From a virus (lineage: Duplodnaviria; Caudoviricetes): DNA of 34,287 bases. The notes beneath the pieces were generated by a model. That model saw nothing but the letters and a program-made list of their open reading frames with translations. It did not search any database and was not told the DNA's origin. Where the stretch lies: the IMG/VR virus record IMGVR_UViG_3300020045_013787, positions 1 through 34,287 of that record. The stretch is one strand, 5' to 3'. A program made the translations under genes and the position numbers. Of this stretch, positions 26,536 to 34,202 are shown one piece after another (positions within the stretch are counted from its first letter, which is position 1; every line of letters starts with the position of its first letter).

Positions 26536-28026
26536 TTATAACCATTCCCTCCTTAGCCTGTTCCATTCTTCAGCAGTTAAGCCTGCACTAGATCCAGTTC
26601 TTTGGATTGCTTCTGAAGCGTAAATAAGAGCCTTAGAACCATGAGAGGCCCAGTCGTGGTAGCTCTTCTCTCTATAACATCCTAGCTTCTCATTCCATTC
26701 TTTTCTGAAGCACTCTACAGCCTTAATTCCCTTCTCACATTTAGTCTGATCGAAGAAGAATCTTGGTAGCATATTTCTTAAGCATTCAATCCCAAACATC
26801 TCGTTAGAGTCTCTTGGGAGAACATCTACCTTAAGACCCATACCTCTAGCTATATCTACTAAGCTTTTACCGCTCTGTAAAGATCTTGAAGCGGCATCGT
26901 GAGGCATAAAGTGCTTTTCGTAGATGTATGGCTTCTTTTGTAGCCAGTTCACATAGTGAGTTAGAGGCTCATCGCTATTCTCGTAGTAGTCGATGCAATG
27001 AACCTCTTTCCCAGAGAGTTGGAATACCCATATAGCGTTACTGTCCCCTATGCCTATATCCCAAGCAGAATACGTCTTGGAGGCTTCGTCGTATGGGACA
27101 TGGCATATTCTCCTCTCCTGTCTTGCGAGAGACATCATCTTAGCGAAGTAGAAACCTTCATTAGCGGCTTCAAAAGATTCTTCTGGGGTACTGGGATACT
27201 CACGCTTCATGTATTCGCCTTGCGTTTGCATCTTCTTAACGTACCACGCTTTCTGCTCGTCGGTTAAAATAATTTCTTTACATTCTAAATGCTCAAAATA
27301 CTCGCTTATCTCTTTAGTTATCAAGACATTTTTTGAATTTAACACATAATCTGGATGAGCGTGCCAAGGAAAGAACCAAAGCTTCCAATCTAGGGTTCCC
27401 AAAGGTGTGCCTGCATCTTGAATATCTTGAGCGGATTTGCAGAGATTATAGAAGTGTCCCTCTCTACCTCTAGCTGTTGATTCGATACAGACGAACTGGC
27501 CTGCTTGGACGGCATTAAGAGCTCCTGAGATGATCTCATTTGCTTTCTTTGGATTCTCCTGACAAACTTTCGCGAACTCAGTGATGTGTAAGAGCTGGAG
27601 CGTACCACCACGAAGCGACGTAGCAACTCGAAAGACGGAACCATTGGAAAAACGCATTTCATGAACGTTATCTCTGTGCGCATGGCACATATCTCGAATG
27701 AATTGAGGTAGATTGTCATAGGCGAACTTCACCTTATCTATGAAGATTTCACGAGCTATAGGCTTACTATCAGCTACTATAGCTGCGTTAGTGTTTGGTT
27801 GAAAAAGACAAGTATCCAGAAATAGCAATGCGTGGAATGTTGTAATCCCTAGCTGTCTAGCTTTAAGGACAATATTTAGGGTGTGAGAGGATAATAAAGA
27901 CTCTTGAGCCCAGTTTGGCTTGAAATCAACAATATTCCCTTCTTTATCTTTAATTTTGTAGAGGTGGCTTAGTCTCCAGTGTTGATTTCGCAGTAAACCA
28001 AAGGCTTCTTCTTGGGATAGGGTCAT
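26536..28026 (-). CDS. terL: Terminase large subunit
   Basis: Walker A LKARQLGITT, Walker B LHITE, coupling motif ESTA, nuclease WDIG and PHDA. ATG at 28026; the ORF is open to 28065. Confidence 0.95.
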   Translation of the reverse strand: MTLSQEEAFGLLRNQHWRLSHLYKIKDKEGNIVDFKPNWAQESLLSSHTLNIVLKARQLGITTFHALLFLDTCLFQPNTNAAIVADSKPIAREIFIDKVKFAYDNLPQFIRDMCHAHRDNVHEMRFSNGSVFRVATSLRGGTLQLLHITEFAKVCQENPKKANEIISGALNAVQAGQFVCIESTARGREGHFYNLCKSAQDIQDAGTPLGTLDWKLWFFPWHAHPDYVLNSKNVLITKEISEYFEHLECKEIILTDEQKAWYVKKMQTQGEYMKREYPSTPEESFEAANEGFYFAKMMSLARQERRICHVPYDEASKTYSAWDIGIGDSNAIWVFQLSGKEVHCIDYYENSDEPLTHYVNWLQKKPYIYEKHFMPHDAASRSLQSGKSLVDIARGMGLKVDVLPRDSNEMFGIECLRNMLPRFFFDQTKCEKGIKAVECFRKEWNEKLGCYREKSYHDWASHGSKALIYASEAIQRTGSSAGLTAEEWNRLRREWL

Positions 28027-28065
28027 AAACTCACAGAAAAATGTTGCTAAAACATCTTTTATCAA

Positions 28066-28083
28066 TTAAAATAATTACTTTAC
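28066..28083. promoter_or_regulatory. Palindromic operator-like site between divergent terL and phosphoesterase genes
   Basis: TTAAAA-N6-CTTTAC. Confidence 0.4.
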
Positions 28084-28092
28084 AAGGATTTT

Positions 28093-28725
28093 ATGGAAAT
28101 TGACTGTATAAGCGACCTTCATGGGCATAAACCTAAGTTAAAAGGTGGGGATTTGCTCATAGTGGCAGGGGATTTGACTGCTAGGGATGAATTAGAAGAA
28201 CACATGTATTTCTGTAGCTGGTTAGACAAGCAGAAGTATAAGAGAAAGGTGGTTATAGCAGGGAATCATGATGGAAATATCCAGAGAGATATGATTGATA
28301 GCCTTAGAGGGTGTAACTATCTAGAGGATTCTTTCACGATGTTTGAGGGACTTAAGATCTATGGGTCACCATGGACTAAGACATTCCAGAACTGGAATTT
28401 TATGATGGAACCAGATAAGCTATCAGAGCATTGGGACTACATACCAGATGATGTTGATATTCTCGTTACACATGGTCCTGCTTACGGTTTGCTTGATAAG
28501 GTGAACAATATTAGCCGTGAGAACGTGAATGGCTTGGCGGGGTGTCCAGGCCTCAGGAAAAGGCTAGATGAAATATGTCCAAAGCTTTTCGTTTGTGGTC
28601 ACATACATGAAGGATATGGTCAGACGCTTCTTAAGAATGGCAATCTTCATACTAAATATGTGAATGCATCTCTTATGGATGATAGGTATAATCCTGTGAA
28701 TAAGCCAGTTAGGATAACTTTATAA
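28093..28725 (+). CDS. Calcineurin-like metallophosphoesterase (MPPED/239FB-like)
   Basis: All five motifs present: SDLHG, AGDLT, GNHD, THGP and GHIHE. Confidence 0.93.
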   Translation: MEIDCISDLHGHKPKLKGGDLLIVAGDLTARDELEEHMYFCSWLDKQKYKRKVVIAGNHDGNIQRDMIDSLRGCNYLEDSFTMFEGLKIYGSPWTKTFQNWNFMMEPDKLSEHWDYIPDDVDILVTHGPAYGLLDKVNNISRENVNGLAGCPGLRKRLDEICPKLFVCGHIHEGYGQTLLKNGNLHTKYVNASLMDDRYNPVNKPVRITL

Positions 28726-29169
28726 GTTTCCAGAGACAACTCCAGCAGGAGGGAAGTGAGAAGGATTCACACAAAGAACAGGATTTCCTGTTAGGGTGAA
28801 TTGTCCTCCTGAGATGTAAGAAGTATAATTCCTACCATCAATAGGTATAGAATTGCTATCCAATAGCTGAAAAGAATCAGCTGTGGATTGTCCCACATAA
28901 TAGAGAATGTTATTAAGCTGCTCCATGCCAGTAGCAAGCGCAAAAGGTATGGTAATGAACTTCGTAGCTCTGATCGCTTGACCATTCTGTAATCCATGTG
29001 CTGTTTTTGTTACGACTATAGGAAGAGTAGCTGTGATGTTTTCTGGAGTGAATTGTCTTAGAGTAAAGTGAGAAAGAGAGGAGTCTGGACTGATGGGATA
29101 CTCATCTTCTGGTTGCTCATCTATGAACTCATAGAGAGGAGAGTCTGGGTCTTGTGGATCTGGAGTCAT
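28720..29169 (-). CDS. Stand-alone E1-FCCH-like domain protein
   Basis: ITATLPIVVTKTAHGLQNGQ...GMEQLNN...YTSYISGG; SD GAGG. Confidence 0.75.
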   Translation of the reverse strand: MTPDPQDPDSPLYEFIDEQPEDEYPISPDSSLSHFTLRQFTPENITATLPIVVTKTAHGLQNGQAIRATKFITIPFALATGMEQLNNILYYVGQSTADSFQLLDSNSIPIDGRNYTSYISGGQFTLTGNPVLCVNPSHFPPAGVVSGNL

Positions 29170-29286
29170 GTCTTCCTCAAATTATCTTTACCTAAATGAA
29201 GCTTAACTGTTAAAGATATATAAAAACAAGACTTGAGATGAGTTATACTCATTTTGAGCTATAACCGTGTATAACTAGGAATAACT

Positions 29287-29430
29287 ATGGCAAAAGCTGA
29301 ATACGAGAAGTCTATAAGAATAAGTGCAAAGCCTGCTAAGAAGGTAGGGATTATTGCTTCATACTCTGATGGGCAGAAGCAATCAAAGACGCCTAAGCCT
29401 AAGAGTTTGACTCCCCTTAAGGGTAAGTAG
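29287..29430 (+). CDS. 47-aa basic microprotein (not in ORF track)
   Basis: MAKAEYEKSIRISAKPAKKVGIIASYSDGQKQSKTPKPKSLTPLKGK; SD AGGA. Confidence 0.55.
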   Translation: MAKAEYEKSIRISAKPAKKVGIIASYSDGQKQSKTPKPKSLTPLKGK

Positions 29431-29736
29431 CTCACATTTTTTAGCGTAAGTTCTTCCTGCACCCCAGATGAATAAGACTCCCTCTACTCTTCCTGTATCT
29501 TTAAGGAAAGATGCAGCGTTCTCTTTAATCTCTTCTTCATTATCATAGATATATCTAGAGATATATTTCCCTTGAGTGACGCTCCCATCATCGAAGAACA
29601 TCTGAACCCACACCTTCACATCATCGCCCATTTGAGTATAGTCTAAGAAGTAATTAGACATACTCTCTTGAATAGTCTTGCAATAGCACTCAGCAGGAAG
29701 CTCTCCACATTCTTGGCATTCAGTAGGCATTATCAC
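29383..29736 (-). CDS. Hypothetical protein with N-terminal CxxC...CxC
   Basis: GTGA-coupled to the RNA ligase stop. Confidence 0.65.
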   Translation of the reverse strand: MIMPTECQECGELPAECYCKTIQESMSNYFLDYTQMGDDVKVWVQMFFDDGSVTQGKYISRYIYDNEEEIKENAASFLKDTGRVEGVLFIWGAGRTYAKKCELLTLKGSQTLRLRRL

Positions 29737-30761
29737 TTCTCATAGTTTAGATTTATCACTTTAAAGCTTATAGGTTTACCACATGGGAGATTCTGTTGAG
29801 ATCTTACAACAACACCTTCTTTTTGTTTTCCATTCGGGTAGGTTCCTTCTCCTAAGATCTCTAGGTTGTTTTTAGTAAATATATTACATATAAGTTCTAA
29901 AGGGACAGTAGGGAACTTAATATCTACGCACAGGTTTACATACTCCATCATATCTAGGTATCTATGCTCAGGGATATTGTATGCAGAGAAAGCAAAGCCA
30001 TCAACATCACTTAAACCCATAGGGTTACCTTGGATTTTTGGGCCACATGTTTCCCACTGTAGGGCAATACCTTCAGGAAGCTTATCTTCTAGATTATATT
30101 TTAAAGCAACTTTCCAGTATCCGTTCTCTTCATTTCTTTCGAGTTCTAGGTTTCTAGAGCATATTCCAAAGTTTCCTTTATATCTATACGCAGTAGTGGA
30201 GCTTCCATCAGCCTTCTCAGAGATGTAGTAAGGATTGCCTACCAGTTCATCTACAAGCTCGGGCACTCTTTGATAGTTTGGTTCATCCGTTTTAGGGATG
30301 AAAGAGGGGAAATCCCCTATAGCTATGCCTTGAAGATGTACTGGTATAGGTTTATTATATTTTACTACACCATAGTCTTCTGTCACATCATGTCCTAGTT
30401 CGTATTGAGGCTTAGAGTATGAGAGCGGCATTATAACAACTTCACTAGGAGCACCTCTAAACCTGCGCATCTTCACTCTCCAGTTACTAGCCTCCATGAA
30501 TCGCATATCCTCGGATTCAGGGATTAGAGCATCGGGTAGAAAGACTACGCAAAGTGAGTCTAAGCAAAAGTCACCTTTTTTGACAATACCATTCCACTTT
30601 CCACCACTGCCACATATAACGGTAGCTGACACTATGAAATCTGCGTTAGGAATGGGGTTTAACTGTATAATTTTACCTATGTAGACGAGACTTTGATTGT
30701 TCATTTTTATTCCTGTGGAGGGCATGACGACATCATCATCGTTACAATGGATTTCACTCAT
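29733..30761 (-). CDS. RNA ligase, DRB0094 (Rnl2/Rnl5-like) family
   Basis: N-terminal PIPNADFI domain, FPSFIPKTDE, motif I EKADGSS, CSRN, ETCGPKIQGN, EGVVVR and SFKVIN. Start at 30761 (coupled junction) or 30704. Confidence 0.92.
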   Translation of the reverse strand: MSEIHCNDDDVVMPSTGIKMNNQSLVYIGKIIQLNPIPNADFIVSATVICGSGGKWNGIVKKGDFCLDSLCVVFLPDALIPESEDMRFMEASNWRVKMRRFRGAPSEVVIMPLSYSKPQYELGHDVTEDYGVVKYNKPIPVHLQGIAIGDFPSFIPKTDEPNYQRVPELVDELVGNPYYISEKADGSSTTAYRYKGNFGICSRNLELERNEENGYWKVALKYNLEDKLPEGIALQWETCGPKIQGNPMGLSDVDGFAFSAYNIPEHRYLDMMEYVNLCVDIKFPTVPLELICNIFTKNNLEILGEGTYPNGKQKEGVVVRSQQNLPCGKPISFKVINLNYEK

Positions 30762-30936
30762 CTTTTCCATCCTCGGTCTTTTTTTTGAAAAGTAAAGAGT
30801 TCTCATGACAAACATTCTGTATGCATCCAAGCATGAAAGAAGCCTCCAATAGATCCCCATTAATGATAAGGGTTGCAATTATTCCAATTTTTTCCCTAAG
30901 AAAAGTAAACTTATAATGTAAATCTTCATCACTCAT
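30754..30936 (-). CDS. Hypothetical microprotein (60 aa)
   Basis: Begins MSD, ends GKDE; bounded by junction repeats. Confidence 0.7.
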   Translation of the reverse strand: MSDEDLHYKFTFLREKIGIIATLIINGDLLEASFMLGCIQNVCHENSLLFKKKTEDGKDE

Positions 30937-31105
30937 CTTTCCCTTCCATTTTCGGCATCGACCATAAAATTTGTAAAGTTTCTACTGAGCAGTCACAATA
31001 ACAAGCTGAACACATCGTTTTTCCATCTTTATCTCTTCTGTCTTTATAAAGCCTTCCACATTCACACATTACCGCTGTTATATTTTGAGATTCCTTGTCG
31101 CTCAT
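30929..31105 (-). CDS. 58-aa Cys-rich microprotein (not in ORF track)
   Basis: MSDKESQNITAVMCECGR...MCSACYCDC...EGKDE; bounded by junction repeats. Confidence 0.65.
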   Translation of the reverse strand: MSDKESQNITAVMCECGRLYKDRRDKDGKTMCSACYCDCSVETLQILWSMPKMEGKDE

Positions 31106-31182
31106 CTTTTTTCTCTTGTCGAAATAAAATATATAAAAATTAGCCAGGAAACTATCATAATCATATGATTTACATCACTCAT
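31102..31182 (-). CDS. 26-aa single-TM peptide (not in ORF track)
   Basis: MSDVNHMIMIVSWLIFIYFISTREKR; bounded by junction repeats. Confidence 0.55.
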   Translation of the reverse strand: MSDVNHMIMIVSWLIFIYFISTREKR

Positions 31183-31333
31183 CTTTTTCCTTCATGTTCT
31201 CAACAAATTTATCTATATGTTCCATGCATTGCGATAATGTCATCTTCTTTAAGTGTCCGCTATACATCACTAGAGTTTCTAAGATCATTTCTTTAAAATC
31301 CTTATGAGGATCATCTTTCCAAAGGTTACTCAT
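31175..31333 (-). CDS. 52-aa microprotein (not in ORF track)
   Basis: MSNLWKDDPHKDFKEMILETL...MKEKDE; bounded by junction repeats. Confidence 0.65.
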   Translation of the reverse strand: MSNLWKDDPHKDFKEMILETLVMYSGHLKKMTLSQCMEHIDKFVENMKEKDE

Positions 31334-31574
31334 CTTTTACCTCCTCGAACTTCCAACCTGTCTTGTAAATACAATCATCGAAAGAAGCAGTCTCTATAAT
31401 TTTTCCATCTTCTACAAAATGCGCCCATCCATCGGATAAGATACCGAACTTATCTTTAAAATCTCTCAATAAAACTTTTTTAGCCTCTTCAATAGAATCG
31501 TATTCCCCTCGGAAATCTTCCCAGCCACCTTCTGGATAGTAGTTATTCCCAGCGAAAAGCATTATTTTACTCAT
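31326..31574 (-). CDS. Hypothetical phage protein (82 aa)
   Basis: LFAGNNYYPEGGWEDFRGEYDSIEEA motif typical of small phage accessory proteins. Confidence 0.75.
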   Translation of the reverse strand: MSKIMLFAGNNYYPEGGWEDFRGEYDSIEEAKKVLLRDFKDKFGILSDGWAHFVEDGKIIETASFDDCIYKTGWKFEEVKDE

Positions 31575-31794
31575 CTTTTTCCTCTTTTTTTATGCTAAGT
31601 AAATTTAAAGTCCATGCAGGGTTATACAATGACAAACATATACCAGGACAACCTGTTTTTTTTACGTGAACACAAAAGCACTCATTGTCATGATTAAAAC
31701 AAAAAGTTTTATTACATATACTGCAAAAAGAGTGCGCCCGCAAAGAAACGTCTATCTCTTTACCACAAGTATCGCAAGGAATAATCTCACTCAT
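31567..31794 (-). CDS. Zinc-finger-like microprotein (75 aa)
   Basis: CDTC, CSIC, CxxH, CxC and CxxxC motifs. Confidence 0.7.
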   Translation of the reverse strand: MSEIIPCDTCGKEIDVSLRAHSFCSICNKTFCFNHDNECFCVHVKKTGCPGICLSLYNPAWTLNLLSIKKEEKDE

Positions 31795-31996
31795 CTTCTA
31801 CCCATCCTATTATGCCTACTTCTATTCTGCTTGTCCCAAACTTTGAAGGGACATAACCTTCATCGTCTTTAGAGTAAAAACCACAAAGATTAGCCATATC
31901 TTTGTACTCCTCTCTTGTTACCTCTTGCTTAATTTCATCGACTCTTCGATTGTAAAGGACAAAGGAAATAAAGTATTTTTTTTGTTTCTCACTCAT
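31787..31996 (-). CDS. Hypothetical protein (69 aa)
   Basis: Begins MSE, ends EDE; coupled on both sides. Confidence 0.7.
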   Translation of the reverse strand: MSEKQKKYFISFVLYNRRVDEIKQEVTREEYKDMANLCGFYSKDDEGYVPSKFGTSRIEVGIIGWVEDE

Positions 31997-32208
31997 AAAT
32001 TCTCGTATACAATGAACGTCTCTATTCTAGCGCATATAACATTTATCTCATAGGCAGAGAAGAGTGTTTTCATGCAGCAGTCTTCTTTAAGAAAGTCAGT
32101 GAGAGGTTTAGGATTTGTTTTGGGTGTGGGAATGGTATCTTCGATATTTTCCATAGATATATAAAACATCCTCGTGTTATGTTTTGTGATGGCTACATAA
32201 CGCTTCAT
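31993..32208 (-). CDS. Hypothetical protein (71 aa)
   Basis: ATGA-coupled to the downstream gene. Confidence 0.6.
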   Translation of the reverse strand: MKRYVAITKHNTRMFYISMENIEDTIPTPKTNPKPLTDFLKEDCCMKTLFSAYEINVICARIETFIVYENL

Positions 32209-32272
32209 AAGGGTGTTTTATGGGAGCCTCCTTCTGGGTGTGGTTTTAGAGCTCCACACCTATCTTTCCTTC

Positions 32273-32521
32273 TCACATCTTGATGAAGTATGAGTTCTCT
32301 AGAAGGAATAGAATCCTATCAAGTTTGAGCTGTATAGGCTCTAGATCGTCCTCTAAGAGAAGACAATCTTGGATAGCATCTACCTTCATCTCTATCCTCT
32401 TAAGCTCCCTACTCTGGCATTCCTTAAACTCTTCAAGTCTATCTGAGAGTGTAGGCCCCTTCTTCTCTGTAGCTATGATAGGGCTTGAGAGGAGTAGTAC
32501 TAAACATAGTAGCCTTTTCAT
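32273..32521 (-). CDS. Secreted / signal-peptide coiled-coil protein
   Basis: MKRLLCLVLLLSSPIIA signal-like N-terminus; SD GAGGT. Confidence 0.7.
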   Translation of the reverse strand: MKRLLCLVLLLSSPIIATEKKGPTLSDRLEEFKECQSRELKRIEMKVDAIQDCLLLEDDLEPIQLKLDRILFLLENSYFIKM

Positions 32522-32727
32522 GAGACTACCTCTTCAGTACATGCCTGCTCAAGAGGGTTCACTTGTGGAATAGGATTCACTAAAGCTTGAACCTCTGGAT
32601 TATCTTTAAGAGTTAAACCTCTAACTTCTACAAACTTCAGTCCAGGTACAAGTCTTGTTAGAAGTGCTACCCCTATATCATCTACCATGAGAAGGTATTG
32701 CTTCTCTTGTGTTACTTCTTCACTCAT
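32518..32727 (-). CDS. Hypothetical protein (69 aa)
   Basis: ATGA overlaps at both ends. Confidence 0.7.
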   Translation of the reverse strand: MSEEVTQEKQYLLMVDDIGVALLTRLVPGLKFVEVRGLTLKDNPEVQALVNPIPQVNPLEQACTEEVVS

Positions 32728-33011
32728 TCTCTATCTCCTTCCTTTTTCATCTTTATTCTTAGAACCTCAAGCTTATCATGAAGTGCTGCATTATCATCAT
32801 AGACACTCAGGAAAGCCTTGAGAAGAGGCACTAGAGCTTTAAGCCTATGCTCTTGCCACGCCTCATTCTGCTCTATCTCACACTCATACCTATACTCTAG
32901 GTCTTCTAGCTCACTACTAAACATCTTCCTCTCCTTTGCAGCCCTAAAGCCTGCGTAGTACATTTCTTCATATGCCTTATCTAATCTATCTATACTCCAT
33001 GAGTACATCAC
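32724..33011 (-). CDS. Hypothetical coiled-coil protein (95 aa)
   Basis: GTGA/ATGA overlaps; SD AAGGAG. Confidence 0.7.
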   Translation of the reverse strand: MMYSWSIDRLDKAYEEMYYAGFRAAKERKMFSSELEDLEYRYECEIEQNEAWQEHRLKALVPLLKAFLSVYDDNAALHDKLEVLRIKMKKEGDRE

Positions 33012-33376
33012 CCATACTCCTTGTAAAATTTACGCAGATTCATTGCATTATGAGGGACACATACACAGTTGAAAATATCGCCTGGGTCACCTATCTCATA
33101 GACTGAGATAAGAAAAAACTTATACTCCGATCTAGAGTCCTTAACCTCATACACCACAAACTCTTCATCTGTTGATTCCCCATCTTCATCTATATAACCT
33201 AGAGAGTGTGTTTCATACATCCTCACAAAACCATAATCTTCCCCATCAGGGTTTGCTCTTATAAGCGCATCCTTATAATCCTCACCTTCTTTCCACTCTA
33301 TCCAACAGCACCCTCCCCCTATCACAGGAATACCTATGTAATCACCATCTTCTACAACTGCTGGTATTATATCCAT
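33008..33376 (-). CDS. Acidic hypothetical protein (122 aa)
   Basis: Strong SD AGGAGG; D/E-rich. Confidence 0.7.
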   Translation of the reverse strand: MDIIPAVVEDGDYIGIPVIGGGCCWIEWKEGEDYKDALIRANPDGEDYGFVRMYETHSLGYIDEDGESTDEEFVVYEVKDSRSEYKFFLISVYEIGDPGDIFNCVCVPHNAMNLRKFYKEYG

Positions 33377-33403
33377 CCACTCCTCCTAAACTCTACCCTT
33401 CTC

Positions 33404-33580
33404 TCAATTCACTGGTAAATCAATTTCCACATACTCTTCACATTGGCATCGTATATAGATTCGTGATATATATTCTGGAAAACAGTCTCTTTGACTCAAG
33501 ACTTCATGTTGAATTCCACAGACACATTTTGCTTTATAACTTGTTTTTAACTCTAAAGGGATATCTCCAATTTTCATCAT
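33404..33580 (-). CDS. 58-aa zinc-ribbon-like microprotein (not in ORF track)
   Basis: MMKIGDIPLELKTSYKAKCVCG...RCQCEEYVEIDLPVN; ATGA-coupled to the upstream gene. Confidence 0.6.
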   Translation of the reverse strand: MMKIGDIPLELKTSYKAKCVCGIQHEVLSQRDCFPEYISRIYIRCQCEEYVEIDLPVN

Positions 33581-33789
33581 TCATCCCCCCCATGGACAAA
33601 ACAATTCACCATTATGTTCCCTCTAAGGCCCATCATGTTAGGTATAGGTTCTATAAATCTTAATCCAGTTACTCTATTCCCTCTCAACCCCTCCTGGTTT
33701 GCCCACTCAAACATTCGCTTCATACTCTCTACCAACACAGGATCTAAATCCACTTCTGGACTCAGCCTCATAAGATTGTATTCCCTCAT
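33577..33789 (-). CDS. Hypothetical protein (70 aa)
   Basis: SD GAGG; internal GLRGN duplication. Confidence 0.6.
   Translation of the reverse strand: MREYNLMRLSPEVDLDPVLVESMKRMFEWANQEGLRGNRVTGLRFIEPIPNMMGLRGNIMVNCFVHGGDE
33647..33731. repeat. 85-bp perfect inverted repeat, left arm
   Basis: Exact reverse complement of 34203-34287. Confidence 0.95.
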
Positions 33790-34202
33790 CTATCCTCTCT
33801 TGTATGATCCACCACCCTACATATCACCATCCCTCATTTTTTACCCAGAAATTTTTTTACACAACCACCCACAGAATTTTTTTCGGAAGGGAGTATGTGC
33901 TAATCCTTTTCACCACTCTACATTTTAGGGGAACTATTTTTTTTGAAAAGTGAAGTAAATGTGATCGAGGGGAGGGTATACATATATTCATAGTACCGGT
34001 ACTAACTAAGGTTGCACCCCCTACCCTGAATCCTAGGAAGATCTGGAGTATGGTACCTATTTAAAGTAATGATTACTATGTTAGTACTCGCATGTTCGTG
34101 TGGGGACTGAGTGAAGGCCTAGCTTGTGGTATTATATGTGTGCTGTGAGTGTAGTGAGAGAGGTGTTAGTGTGTGTACACTATTGCTTAGGTTGGTTAGA
34201 CT

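Larger units (their letters stand above)
30754..31802 (-). repeat. Seven copies of a conserved gene-junction motif, consensus GGWARAAGATGAGTRA
   Basis: Copies at 30754-30769, 30929-30944, 31098-31113, 31175-31190, 31326-31341, 31567-31582 and 31787-31802. Confidence 0.85.

Noticed and set aside
30762-30878. N-terminal extension of the RNA ligase ORF in the track
   Set aside because: Overlaps the 30754-30936 gene in another frame; the conserved junction puts the start at 30761.
30754-31802. Junction repeats as a CRISPR array or integron attC sites
   Set aside because: Repeats are short, degenerate and non-palindromic; spacing is irregular (about 77-241 bp) and fully coding; no cas or integrase genes.
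32209-32272. GGTGTGG/CCACACC hairpin as a tRNA or terminator
   Set aside because: No cloverleaf or T-loop and no U-tract on the coding strand.
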